The notes under the pieces are model-generated. The model was not told the DNA's origin, ran no database searches, and saw nothing but the letters and a program-made list of their open reading frames with translations. A program made the position numbers and the translations under genes. A stretch of 60,655 bases of DNA, counting the filler, from Dugesia japonica (taxonomy: Eukaryota): assembly GCA_001938525.1 (NCBI GenBank). It is 6 parts of 6 records of this genome, joined end to end, with 100 filler letters (N's around TTAATTAATTAA, not from the genome) between each part and the next. Parts side by side here need not be neighbours in the genome. Positions count along the whole stretch, not along the records: positions 19,781 to 30,681 come from MQRL01599310.1; positions 30,782 to 40,953 come from MQRL01423714.1; 4 more parts are not named here. One strand, written 5' to 3'. This document shows positions 25,701 through 38,450 of the stretch, one piece after another; position 1 is the stretch's first letter, and each line of letters opens with the position of its first letter.

Positions 25701-27273
25701 CATTGCTTGAATTTAATCGATTGCTCGCTCTTGAAAATAATGAAATCGTCTGCAATGCTGCTGTTGTTAACGGTTTACATATTAATTTCATGTTTATTCT
25801 AAGACACATTCTAAGATTTAATGTCGATTCTTATTAGTATTATTAGTTTTCTAGATCAGTGGTTGCCAACTCGTCGTCCGCGAATACTTTCCGTTAAAAA
25901 TGGTATATTTAAATCGATCTGATTCAGTTGATTATTTAAGAAAATATCGTTATATTCGCTATTTAACATCAGTTGCTAATACTAGGATATATTTTATGAT
26001 ATCCTGGATACTTTAAAGGTTCGAAGAATCAATTCCAAAGAGTTTTAGATCTGAAGAGAAAACTTATAAGGAAAGAAATCTTAGGATTTTGTTATTTTCA
26101 GCCAGGAAACTATTAAACAAATTAAACAAAGATTCCTAAGATTTTTTATATTTAAAATCTAAACTTGTAAACTTTTGGTAAAAGAATTAAATGTTAATGT
26201 AGGATTGAATACGAATAGAAGAGACAAAATAGCGTTATCTTACTGTGCTTTTCAATGGATATCTCTAGAAAGATTCCAGAACTTCGGGAGTTTTAATTAG
26301 TTGGTGGGGAAGTCCCAAAGGTTGGCGACGACTGATCTAGACTATGGATTCTAAATTACGGTAAATGTTACGATTCAGTTTCGTTTCGTAAAATTGTATT
26401 TAATTACAAATTTATTATAAAATATTCAAGTAATTATCAATCGTTATTAAACTAATTGTCAAATTGAAGGCCAATTTCAAATAATACACATTGCCTCATA
26501 AAGCAATGTCAATGAACGCAACCAGTCAAAAAATATCGATCGATGTTGACGGATTNNNNNNNNNNNNNNNNNNNNNNNNNNNNNNNNNNNNNNNNNNNNN
26601 NNNNNNNNATTAAAGTAGAAATTAGAAATAAATATCCGATAAATTAACTAAAGAACAACAATTTTCATTCTTTATCTTTAAGTCTGTAATGGAAAATTTT
26701 CCAATTATCTAACAGTAATTATTTAACCACAAATCAAATTTCGCGAATTACGTAACAACTTACGCTAGATTATTATTTAATCCCATAAGTAAATAATCAA
26801 ATAATAATTTACTAAAATATCTGTGTAAAGAATTATTATTAAATTTAGAATTCTCGAGTCAAATTAATTAAAATATAAAATTACCCTCAAATTATCTGGA
26901 AACCAAATCGACATAGAGGGATATTGAAATCGAAATGACCGAGTACCAAGAGTAAACACGGAATCGTGATTAAGAATACATGAAGATAGAACTTGTCTTC
27001 CTTCAATAAACGTTTTATATTGATCTGAACCTGTATGTGTTAGGTATGCATGTTTGTCATCATCAAGCCTCAAAATGCAATGATTGGAAGCAATTGAACT
27101 AGAATTAATACAACAATCGCATTCCTCGTCACTAAAACATTTTTGTGTTAAACTTTACGTGTATATTTAATTTTATACCTCCCAATGGTGAGTGATTCAG
27201 TAAACCACTTCAATGATGCACCACTTGTTCCATTATCATTAAGGAACGTTATTTGACCATTAAATTTAACCAT
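19781..27273 (-). CDS. MKI67: Ki-67-like proliferation marker protein: join(27273-27179, 27131-26885, 24576-<19781), 3'-partial
   Basis: Exons 1-2 give an N-terminal FHA domain (MVKFNGQITFLNDNGTSG..TIGSDEECD..NHC..LNHDSVFTLGTRSFRFQ; cf. Ki-67 LKHGDVITIIDRSFRYE). Exon 3 has the PP1-binding RRHVSFGPNLSPEQFDKELPPIQPLKKGATP (cf. RRRVSFGGHLRPELFDENLPPNTPLKRGEAP), one MDGLTELF (FKELF-like) motif and a long disordered repeat exon. Splice phases are compatible (2, then 0). Confidence 0.88.
24734..25316 (+). mobile_element. Internally deleted mariner relic in Ki-67 intron 2
   Basis: TIRs ggatcattcagaaggtaatggtgg / ccgccatcactttccgaatgatct; remnants FEHLKLIDKVKKLYKWV and LGYET. Confidence 0.65.
25355..25513. 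mobile_element. Pogo/Tigger-like MITE
   Basis: TA|ccgtattttccagcaaataacgcgcaggtcaatctagact ... agtctagaccaacctgcgggttacatgcgggaaaatacgg inverted repeats. Confidence 0.75.
25857..26334. mobile_element. hAT (Charlie-like) MITE
   Basis: TIRs cagtggttgccaac / gttggcgacgactg; flanks ttctagat/atctagac match the NTCTAGAN target preference. Confidence 0.7.
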
Positions 27274-28257
27274 ATGTTACCTAAATACTATAGATTACAA
27301 AAAAACTTAAAAATTAAAAACAAACCTAAAAAGAAATAAAGATTATATATTAATAAAATCGAAAATAAGAAATATCTGGTTTATTTAAACAATACTTTGT
27401 TTTTGAAATAAAGAATCATTTTAAAGTATTTATTTTTAAATTAATTCGAAAATATTAGACTATTTGATGGTAAAATTAAATTGTTTTCTTTAATTTTAGA
27501 TAGAATAATTTTTTTAATAATTAACTGCATTGATATTTTATGAATTAAAAATTATTTGCATCAATAAAAAAAATTATAGTGCAAAGTATTTACAAAAGTA
27601 AAAAAGATATTTTTAGATTTTTAAGCATATAATTTTTTTAATTTTTATTGAAATGGCATAAATGCAAAATAAATCAAAATTTAACTAATTAAATTGTTAT
27701 TAATATAAAAAACCAGTAAATTTCAATAATCATTGTCCTTAGTTTTTTGACAATGAATTTTTATGGAACTGAATACATTTCAAGAATTTTAAAATTGCAG
27801 TAATGACTGCAAATTGATAATATTGCACTTCTTAAATTTTAAAATAATTTTTTTGGTATTAAAACATTGTTGGGTGAATGATGAATAAATAAGATGCATG
27901 TATAGAAACGAGTAAACCAACCACGAAGAAAAAGTAAAGTATGGCTGAATTAAAAGAGTTGATTATATTGATCATATAACGCCATTAATACATTCCTTTG
28001 AATGATGAAATATTGTAATGTGTAGAATCCAATTTTTTAGAATAATATTGAAATTATTAGTATTAAAAATTTTCAATTTTTATGAATTTTTGTTTCTTAT
28101 TTCATTGTAATTTTGTACAATAATAACATTATTATTATCATTATTATTATTATTATTCATTATAATTATTATTATTATTTATTATAATTATTATTATTAT
28201 TTATTTATTATTGTTATTATTATTAATTTTTTCCAATTATGATGAACCCATAAAAAC

Positions 28258-30329
28258 AGTAGGCAGGTGCGTCATCACGTGACAAAAAATCAATAATTGC
28301 CTAAATTTTTTGAAAAATGTAGGTTTTATGCATTTTTAGACTATAAATGTTTTTTAATTTTTATATATTTTTATGGATTTATTGTGTTTTATAAATTTGT
28401 AATTTACTATCACCATTAGTGTTTCCGTTGTAATAACCACTTCATGTTTTTTAAAAAAAAATTTCGTTTTTTTGCAATTCACAACAAAATATGAAAATAG
28501 CTATTTTTTCATCTTTTTTGGAAATTTTCAAAACAAGTTCCTAAATAAAGTATAACTAAATAATATCAAAAAAATGGCTAGTAATTTATTTGTCTGTGAG
28601 AAATATAATAAAAATTCTAGTAAATGATAGAATTTAAATGAGCATAGAAAACATTATTTTATTAGAAAAACCAGAATATTTTGATTGTAATTAATGATGT
28701 AGGGATTTAAATCACTATCCGCACAAATATTTCATTTTAGAACATATTTAATAAAGAAAATTTCTAAAGATGATACAAGATGTGAAACATGTAACATATG
28801 TTTTATTAGAACAACTGAATATCAATATCATTTAAAAAGTAATGATCATTTAAAAGGGATAATGAAGAATTGTTGAAAATAAAATTTAAATGAAAATAAT
28901 TATTGAAAATTATATTTATTAGGATGATATAAAATTGGAAGAATATCAAAAGATTTCAATAAAAATCGACATGATCCAACACTTCTTTTATTTAAATAAA
29001 GTGGTTATATATTAGAAAAATATAAATTCTAATTCTTATTTTTGATTTTGGCAAATGCGGAAGATAAATATTTATTTTCAAAACTTGATAAGTCAATAGA
29101 AGTTCAAATGACTTTTACAAGCAATGGGAGAGTTTTATATAATACAAAAAAAATATTAGATGGATTTTATAATTATTTAAATACAAAAATTAAAAAAGCG
29201 GAAGTTCGTGAATCTGGGTTAATTCATCAAAAGTATATCAAATTTTATTATCATTATCTGAATGTTTCTTTAATTTGCTGTTTCTATTTAAAACTTTGAT
29301 TTACCTCTAAACCAATAATTAACCCCACAAATAAGGATAATAAATGTTTCTTTTGGGCGTTATTAGAATTTTNNNNNNNNNNNNNNNNNNNNNNNNNNNN
29401 NNNNNNNNNNNNNNNNNNNNAATAAAATAGGTTTAATAACATATTATACAAATCTATTTGGAGAGGAGCTCAGCGTTTTCTTGGAAAATGAAACTAATTT
29501 AAACTATACAAGTGAATTAAAATCCCATTATATTCTATGTACAGATGTTAGCACATTTTTAAAAAATAAAAAAGTATTTTCATGCTAGAATTGTTTAACA
29601 GCATTTAGTTATCAAAAAGCATTAGATAAACATCATATATTATGTTTAAATGATTAAACGGCCGAAAATATATTTCCTACTGAAGAATATTTAAAATATA
29701 ATAAAAGTGTATTTTAAAAATTGTCGTTTGAAATAATTGTAGATTTCGAAACATATTATATTAGAGAAACTTTATTAAAAATGAGAACAAATTTAGAAAC
29801 ACAGAAACTCTATTCACACAGAAATTATGATTTTTGGAATATATATCAAAAGTAATTATCAAAATTTAGTAAAATTGCAATATATAGAACATCATGGTAA
29901 AAATTCAGATAAATATTTGTTCGATCAGTTATTAAAATTAAAGAATGAATTTAAAACCATATTATAACTAATTTATCAATGAGAGATAAACCAACAGAAT
30001 TAGAAGATTGTTAAAAATCGTATACTATGGAAATCGAAATCTTCTTTTAAAAAACTAAATCAATTACATGAAAATTCAATGGTTTGCAATTATGATCATC
30101 GTAATGGGAAATTTAAATCTTGGGCATGCAACAAATGCAATTTAAGTGCAAAGAATGCATTTGTTCCATTGTACTATCAAAAGTAAAGCAACTAAGATAT
30201 TTTTAGAATTATTTAAAAAAAGGAAGAAATAACAAAAATAATGTAAAACCATTAGCGAAAACATAAAGAATATATTTCATTATAAATTGGATGTATAATA
30301 ATATCAGATTCATTTAGATCAGTGTTGTC
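28258..30329 (+). mobile_element. Left end of a third Polinton-like element: AGTAGG terminus plus decayed C2H2-ZnF/pPolB N-terminal half
   Basis: agtaggcaggtgcgtcatcacgtgac at 28258; zinc finger CETCNICFIRTTEYQYHLKSNDH (~28781); EVRESG; NPTNKDNKCFFWALL; IVDFET; DHRNGKFKSWACNKCNL; SDSFR. Many stops. Confidence 0.75.
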
Positions 30330-30681
30330 AGTAGGTAGATAGTGGCGCACTAGCCCACCCCCCCACCCCCCCGTGGAAAAATTTTTTTTTCGACAAATTT
30401 TTTTGCCGATAATTTTTTAGGTAGATAGTGGAACACTAGCCCACCCCCCACCCCCCCGTGGGAAAATTTTTTTTTTCGACAAATTTTTTTGCCGATAATT
30501 TTTTAGGTAGATAGTGGCGCACTAGCCCACCCCCACCCCCCACCCCCCCGTGGGAAAATTTTTTTTGACAATTTTTTTTTTGACAAATTTTTTTTTTGAC
30601 AATTTTTTTTCAAGAATTTTTTTTTTCAACAAATTTTTTTTTTAAAATTTGTTTATTTTACTTTGCGCGCGAATTTAAATC
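30330..30681 (+). mobile_element. AGTAG-type terminus with three ~90-bp tandem C-rich units, interrupting the pPolB relic
   Basis: aggtagatagtggcgcactagcccacccccc(c)acccccccgtggaaaa.. x3. The first 21 bp are the exact reverse complement of 10826-10846. Confidence 0.7.
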
Positions 30682-30781
30682 NNNNNNNNNNNNNNNNNNN
30701 NNNNNNNNNNNNNNNNNNNNNNNNNTTAATTAATTAANNNNNNNNNNNNNNNNNNNNNNNNNNNNNNNNNNNNNNNNNNNN
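30682..30781. other. Artificial scaffold spacer
   Basis: N44-TTAATTAATTAA-N44. Confidence 0.95.
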
Positions 30782-31315
30782 CTATTTTTAGTAACAGGGG
30801 GGGAGGGGGGGGTAGAAAAAGTGGAGGTTCAGTGCGGACATGTCTCACTACTGTAGTGAATGCACGAACACTGTGAGTGACTTATAAGCCAGCACAAGAT
30901 GATCCAGCACGAGAAGGTATGAAAATAATCTTCAAAGAATACATAACATCAATGTGATCTGAAAAGCGTTAACACGAAGATCCACTGGATCCCAAGTGAA
31001 GACATATTAGCACATAACATGCTTAAATTATTGCGTCTTTTAGGTTTACCACTAGACAACAAAATAAAAAGAAAGAAAATGGAATAGAAAAAAAGAAAAA
31101 TAAGCAGATAAACGGCAGAAAGAAAGCAAACAACCAAAGCCTAGAATCCTAGTTTTATAGATATTCAAATTTTCGATTATTGTCTTCTTCAGGAATATGA
31201 TGACTTTATGATAGATTTAATCGATATTAGAAAATTGTTTTAAAATTGTTTATATTTTATTAATAAAAGTAATCTTTTTCAATATTAATTTTTGCAAAAA
31301 ATTAAAATTACATAC

Positions 31316-34300
31316 CCATATATGACTGATAACGTTAACATTAAATGTTTTCCTTACTGAGCTTTCTTCTAACTCCAAAATACTTTTAGAAGTAGAAACA
31401 CTTGAGTTGTTAATCAATATATCTACTTTACCAACTTTAGTCTTCACTTATAAAAATATGCAAATATATAAAAAACGAAGTTTAAATTTTCATATTTGAA
31501 CTATTAATGTTTTGAGAAAAATTGACTGCTAACAACATATTTATTTCTAAACGGATTTGACATCCTTTTTTATATTGATGATGTAAAAATAAATATACAG
31601 GTCATTTATATGTTTATGAATGATAGCTCACTGGAATGCTAAGCCTTTCAAACTAGAAAAATTAGAACCAATTCTTCATTATTATAAGTTCTAGATATTC
31701 AGTTGTTAAGATTCGTATTTATTAAATTAACATAAAAGAAATTTATCAATACTAATTAGAAGGGAAATATTGAAAATATGAAGTTATAAGAATTTTTAAT
31801 TAATAATTTTTAATGAAATCTTTTAATATGGAGTTTTAAAAAGGTGTGTTTTGAAAATCATATACTACTGGTAGTATTTTTATTGTAATATTTTAAAGAT
31901 TGTATTTACGTTCAGTTTTCAAGTTAGTATAGTTATTTGTATTGTAATAATAAAAGAATTAGTAATTAGTTCAATTAAAAGACTTGAACTTTTCATAAGT
32001 ATTTATTACAACAAAAACTATTTATTAATAATGAATTATTTAAACAGATAATATCATTTAATATTAACAAATTTAAATCTTAATATCATTTTATAAATAA
32101 TTTATAACTGCACTTTCTCTCTTTAATTTTGATTTGCAATTTTTTTTAGCCATTCAAGTCTTCTGGGTTTAAGCTGTCCTGCATAATCTATAAGGACCTG
32201 ATGTGAGCTTATAAATTTACTAATTTTGTAAGGACCTCATTTCTGAAACCTTCTTTCTTTAACTTGTGTGGTTCTACTTTTACTCATACTTTTCCCCTTC
32301 TTCAAAATGTCTGGACTTTGTTTTTCATATTCGTATTTGCTTAAGTTTTGAACTGCTTTCTGTAAATTTCCATCTGCCAGTTTTTTCATTTCTTCGTGTT
32401 TCGGATTTCTTTCTTGTGATAATCCGTGTAAGATTATCCTTCTTCCAAAGATAATTTCAAAAGGAAATAAACCAGTCGATTTGTATTGTGTTGCATTTAT
32501 TACAAACTGAATTGGTGGAAGTAATCTGTCCAACCTGATTCCGTGCAGCCGTTCTTTATCGTTGTTGCTATCATATCTCGAAGTGTTCTAATATTGCTTT
32601 CTGCTAAACCATTTGATTGAAGTGGATATGGGCACGAAAAGTCTTGTTGAATCTCTTACTTTTCTGCAAGTGACCACATTAACTTTCCTTCAAATATTTT
32701 CGCTCTGTCGGTCAAAAATGATTGTGGCTTACCAAAACGATAAATTCAGTTTTCCTTTATTGCCTCAGCTACCCAAGTTTCATCCTGTTTACTTAACGCT
32801 ACGAATGACACTAACTTACTATACCTATCAACCATGACAAAACCATATTTCTTTTTAATTTTCACTTCTGGAAAGTAAGCGATATCCATGATAACCTGTT
32901 CCAATGGTCCTAAATCTGTTCTTGGAATAAGAAATTCCTTTGTTCGCCCAGTGTACGTTTTACGCATGTTACATATTATACATATATTTAGTTGATGTTC
33001 TACATTTCTTTGCATATTTGATCAAAAATAACTTACACTCAAATTCTTCGTCAGTTTTTGGCTTCCCACATGACATCACTCATCGTGTATAAAATCTATA
33101 AGGTCAGGTATTGATTTTCCTGCTAGTACAATTCTTTTACTGTCTCCTTCATTGATAATCAATATCTCATCATCCAACTCAAACTTTTCCAGTTTGGAAA
33201 AATATTTACTTTTTGGTCACCATTGTTCTGAGCTTATTATTTATCATTCCACCTTCAATATATTCAATGATTTCTCTCGTGTTTGGATCATTTTTCTGTA
33301 CTTCTTTAATTTGGCTTCTATCAAAGTTTGTTTTGTCTAAAGTGCTGATTCTTTTAATTTGAGAACGTTCCATTTGGCATCTTGATGTATAGTCTGACAT
33401 TGCGAACAAAGAATCTCTCATATCCTTAAAAGTCCATCAGCATTTCCACGAGCTGCTCCTTTTCGGAATTTTAAAATTAAATTCTTCTAAATTTGTTATC
33501 CATGTTTGAAACCGAGAACTAATGGGTTTACTAGTCTTCGTCATAATAGTCAATGCTTTATGATTCGTTCTTGCTCTAAATTTTTTGCCATACAAATAGT
33601 GTTTAAAATAAATCATAAACTCATGCAGAGCTAACAATTCCTTGCGAGTAACACAATATCCATTTTTCGTGATTGTTTAAAGTTCGAGAATCATATGCTA
33701 TAACCTGTTCCAATCCATTATCCATTATTTTACTCAAAACCCCTCCAATTGCTTTAAAACTAGCATCAGTATCCGATATCATTTCGCCTCTATTATTTGG
33801 GAAATTCAAAATCGGAGCACTACACAATTTTATCTTGAAATATTGAAAACTATTCTCACATTCTTTTGTCCATTCAATGTTCTTTTCTTGTCCTGTCGTT
33901 GCAATTTTGATGCCATAAATATATCTTTGTATGTTTCTATCATTTCTCTTACTTCTTGACTGACATTATTTAAAGTATTAAAGTCATTTATTTAACTTTT
34001 TCTGTATTATCGGTTAATAGATTTCCATCGTTTGAGTTAATAAAATCAACTTCAGTGATTTTCATTCCGAAGAGCTTCATCCTATCAATACCTCCGATAA
34101 AGTTTGGACAAATATTTCTAACAATTACTNCTTCTTTCTCTCTTAGTTTCCCATTCCATTGTAATTTCAGTTTAGTTTTCCTGATACATTTTTCTCCTTT
34201 TTCAAAAAACACTTCTGCTAGAACAATGTGTGACAGCGATGGATCAGGTGATCCAATTTTCCTCCACATATCCGAATTCATGACGGATATTGCTGCTCCT

Positions 34301-37300
34301 GAATCCCACAACATCTCAATGTCATATTCATTGCAGCGCATTAAACTCCATTCTCTTCCATCTCTTTTCTGAAACATCTTATCATCGAACATTAGTTTTT
34401 TATCTCAGAGTATTTTCTCTGTTATTGCAACCTCACTAATAAAATGGATGCAGTGGGTTGCTGATCGTTTTTTTTATCATCATCGTCTGAAGAAACATCG
34501 CGTATATACTCAATTTGTTCACTACTGTAAGATAACATATCATCCTCTTCTGCCATACATAATATCTTCGGAAATGTAGAATTTCTTATTCTAATTAATG
34601 GGCAATCTCGAAAATTATGACCTTCTTTTGCACAAATTAAACATTTGCCTTTTAATGAACAATTCATTCTTCTATGTCTTGTATCTTTACAGCAGAAACA
34701 TGCTACCGGTTCTAAAACTTCTTTGCGTGGAGGATTCATTCATTTGGCTTTACAATAAAGCTTTTTGGCTATACACTTCATCGAGTATCGAGAAAAATTA
34801 TTGTTTTTCGCCCGTCCTTGGGTCTGAATTTCATTTGCACAATACTGATTCTCTTTGAAAACAATTGGTCGACTTCTTGTACTTGGATCGTTTTGAATAT
34901 TCATTCGTGGATGAGTTTTTGAAAACTTTGATTAATAATCATCCTTGTTCATTGTATCTGCATAGCTGTGTTTTTACCACATTAACATAATATGTCCTTA
35001 TCAATTTATCCAAATTGTTAGCTAATTCTCGTCTTTGATTATCAGTAAGTTATGGTTAAAGAACAAAAGATTCTTGCAATCTTTCGCTTCATACACTATT
35101 AATTACAAATATTGTTGCAATTTCATCTAGAGTTTTTTTACTCGCAAAAACTTCGTTTACTATTTTTCTTACTCTTAACTCGAAATTACGATAATTTTCA
35201 GTTGGGCTTTGTTTAATCTTCTACAAAAGTGTTACTTTATCCACCAGTGTCTTTAAAATCACAAATGATTCACGAAACCATTTTTCGCAGACCTCGTTCG
35301 TCAAAATTACATCATCTTTGCATTTTCCATACATACATCTTTCGCATCTCATCTCATTAACATATCAAACGCGAATGATAACTCTATTTGATAGAGCAGC
35401 AAATTCTTTGGTAGTTTGAATTCATTCATCAGCTGCTTCAAATGAACCTTCGCAAAAACTTGGTATTGGGATAAGCAATTCCTATGTTGAAGATGGCAGC
35501 TTTGCAAATTTTTTTTGGCGATCATCTTTTCCTTTTTTCGTCAGTTAAAAGACTTAAACTTTCATAAATATTTATTAAAACGAAAACTATTTATTAATAA
35601 TGAATTATTTAAACAAATAATATCATTTATTATTAACAAATTTAAATCTTAATATCATTTTAGTTCGATTTAGTAATTATTTTGTAATTATTATTTAAAT
35701 TGTTGTAATAGTTGTAAGCGTTAATTGTACTTATTATTCTGTAAACTTTTAGAGTAGAACTGTATTAAAATTTTGACAGTTTATTTATAGGAAACCCAAC
35801 AAAACCGCATTTTTAAGAACGTATTTGCATTTTGTGCAAATTATTTTTTCCACTAAGAAATATAATTCCTAAAAAATAACAAGACATAATAAGAAACAAT
35901 TTTTTTAAAATTGTTTAAATCAATTAATTTATATATATTTTGTAATGGTTTCAACATTTTGAATTTTTAAATAATTAATATTGATTTTCAGAAAATAATA
36001 CAATCATCAACTGACAACATAACTTTCTTTATTACAACCTAACAGAATAATTTCAGAGGTACGAAAATTCGTGCCAAACTTTTGAACTCATGGGGCACTA
36101 AAAAATGTTATGTCGCTGAGAAAAATGCAAGATATATCCATACAATAAATAAATTGAAAGAGAGAGAATTTCATGACAGCTAATGGACCAAGACCAAGAA
36201 ATTCCAAATCACATGATAATATCAATACTGTGAAGAAATTAGCCGATAATGACCAAATAATTACTATCAATTCTCTCTGTGCGCAAACGTGCTTACGCTG
36301 GACAACAAAGTACAAAGGATTCTTTGTGATGATGTGAACAAGCAGAGTATTTGTGAGTGTCTGATAAGTTAAACAGCTATAAAAAAAATATGTGTGTAGA
36401 ATGTGTTGGATAAATTTTACAGGAGGTACATAAGGGTGTTGTTGTAATTTGAAGTCAAAGAGAAGGTTAAAAACATTCAACTTCGTGGAAGAAGTAAAAA
36501 TGTTCCTAGAAGAGTTCTTGGGAGGGCAGACAAGATACAAACTGACACATTAGATGAGCCGTTGCGAGATGTATATTAATCATTAAATGTTTTGTTTATT
36601 ATAAAAATTCGTTCTCAAAAAACACGATTTTGTCGGTCCCCTATATTTATAATACATTTTATTCATATAATTATTATTAATCATTGTTATATTATAATGG
36701 ATCTACTGTCATAATGATTACAGAAAAAGAAAATACTACTGATATTGAGCGTATTACTTGCATGAACAATGTGAAATTTAATTTTTCTATCAAATAAACG
36801 GATACATAAAACATCAAAATTCTGGTGAAATGGCGTAGACAAAAAGATCCAGCAGAATAAAAGACAAATGAATAACTTGTAAAGGCACGTTTAAGATAGG
36901 ATTTAATATTTTTGTCGATATAAAAATGTTGTCATTGTAACGAAACCAAGTGCTGGAGAGATCACTTGAAAGCATATTCAATATCAGATAAATCTTTATT
37001 GGCACCAATGTTAAAATCTTATAAAAGTCAAAAGTATTTAATTTAGAAGTTTCAAAAGTATATACTATTGCCCTCGAATTAATACTTAAAATTTTAAACT
37101 TAAAAGCTCTACAACTTTATTATACTAATATTAACAAATTTTACATAACTAGTTAACAAAATCTTTAACATACTCAAAAAATATTTCAGATTAAGAAAAA
37201 CCTAAATAAACAATGTCNATAAAATATAGAAACTATTCAGGACTTAATAAGTATTTCAGAGATAGAATCAAATGGTGAATTTCGTCAAAAATAGTATTAG

Positions 37301-37558
37301 TAGTTAAATGAATTGAAAGAATAGAATAATCAAAGAATAGTTTTTTTGGAAAAAAGATTGAATTTACCATATCTGCAGCATTGTTTATCTGAAAATTATT
37401 AGAAACATCAACTTGAATGCCCATAAAAAACAAATCAGATTGATATTGTTTACATTCATTTATCGTTTTTCGCAAACCATCGATATTGATATCCAACAAA
37501 ACTAGACGAGATCTCAGCTTAGCAAACCTAACTGCTAAAGCAGCTCCGACACCATTTT
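31316..37558 (-). CDS. Short-chain dehydrogenase/reductase (SDR16C; RDH10/HSD17B11-like), two internal exons 37558-37368 and 31447-31316; possibly a pseudogene
   Basis: NGVGAALAVRFAKLRSRLVLLDINIDGLRKT..VDVSN..INNAADM | VKTKVGKVDILINNSSV..VRKTFNVNVISHIW. First and catalytic exons were not found on this scaffold. Confidence 0.8.
31965..35662 (-). mobile_element. Decayed Ty3/Gypsy LTR retrotransposon in the SDR intron (RT core deleted)
   Basis: ~125-bp direct repeats at 31970-32093 and 35543-35662. Gag knuckles CFCCKDTRHRRMNC and CLICAKEGHNFRDC, protease LWDSGA, RNase H DTDASFKAIGGVL, integrase CIIC..MDIAY..VDRYSK..STGLFPFEIIFGR. PPT-like aaagagagaaag next to the 3' LTR. Confidence 0.92.
35788..36643 (+). 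mobile_element. Mariner-like non-autonomous relic
   Basis: Imperfect TIRs taggaaacccaacaaaaccgcatttttaagaacg / cgttctcaaaaaacacgattttgtcggtccccta; HTH-like remnant GPRPRNS..NINTVKKL. Confidence 0.6.
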
Positions 37559-37739
37559 CTTGCAATAAGAAAATAAATTTAAAATGTTCTATTGTAATTT
37601 TAAAAGCAATGTTCAAATATAAACAGAGCACAGAACTAAAATCAGAACAAAATCCTTTATTTGATAAAGTTGTTTAATTACGCTGATATACAAAATAAAA
37701 TAAAATACGTCAAAGATTTTCCATTCAAAAGATAATGAT

Positions 37740-38450
37740 TATAATTTTTTATTCAATATAATAGCCGTTTGCTGCTATTATCTGTTCAATTCTTGTCCTA
37801 AAATGTGAGCATACTACCTTTAGATTATCATAGTTCATAACTGAGAACCTGGCTTCAATAGCAGCCAGGAAAGAATTGATGTTTTGATGCATGTAATTGT
37901 TGGTTTGCCTCCTAAATACGCCACATACATAGTAATTCAAAGGATTTAAACCAAGACTGCTAGGAGACCATAAATCCTTTAACCAAAACATGTCAACATC
38001 GCATGTGACCAAATATTTTAATATGACTTGCGTGAGTAAGTGCACTATATAGTCGATAAACGTAAGGTCTCCATGAGGCCACAGTTTCCATACAAGGTTT
38101 TATTATATCTCTCAAAACTTCCTTTGTGACTGTTTCACCTTTCTGTAAAAAGAATGGTGGGATAACATCGTCTACACAGGAAACAACAGTCAAGACTTGA
38201 ACACTGGTCAGAAACTCAACCTTTCCCACAACACGTACATCCGCAGGACTGTAGGCAAGCCAATAACCTTTACTTCGGTTTACTTTTATATCCTCAGTGA
38301 ATTATTTATATCTGGTAACAACAAATGCGACTATAAGCTTCGAGTTTTAATGAGTGCAGATGAAACATGCAGCGAGCAACTTTTTTGAGCGTGATAACCT
38401 TATAGAATAGCTGACGGACTTTGACAGTGTGATAGATATACCTATCATTT
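37740..38450 (-). mobile_element. Tc1/mariner-superfamily (maT/rosa-like) transposase relic
   Basis: FWLKDLWSPSSLGLNPLNYYVCG (WPPxSPDLNPLDY), VCSHFRTRIEQIIAANGYYIE*, PPFFLQKGETVTKE. Confidence 0.85.

Noticed and set aside
36088-36540. 150-aa ORF (also 56795-57223)
   Set aside because: Antisense to mariner relics.
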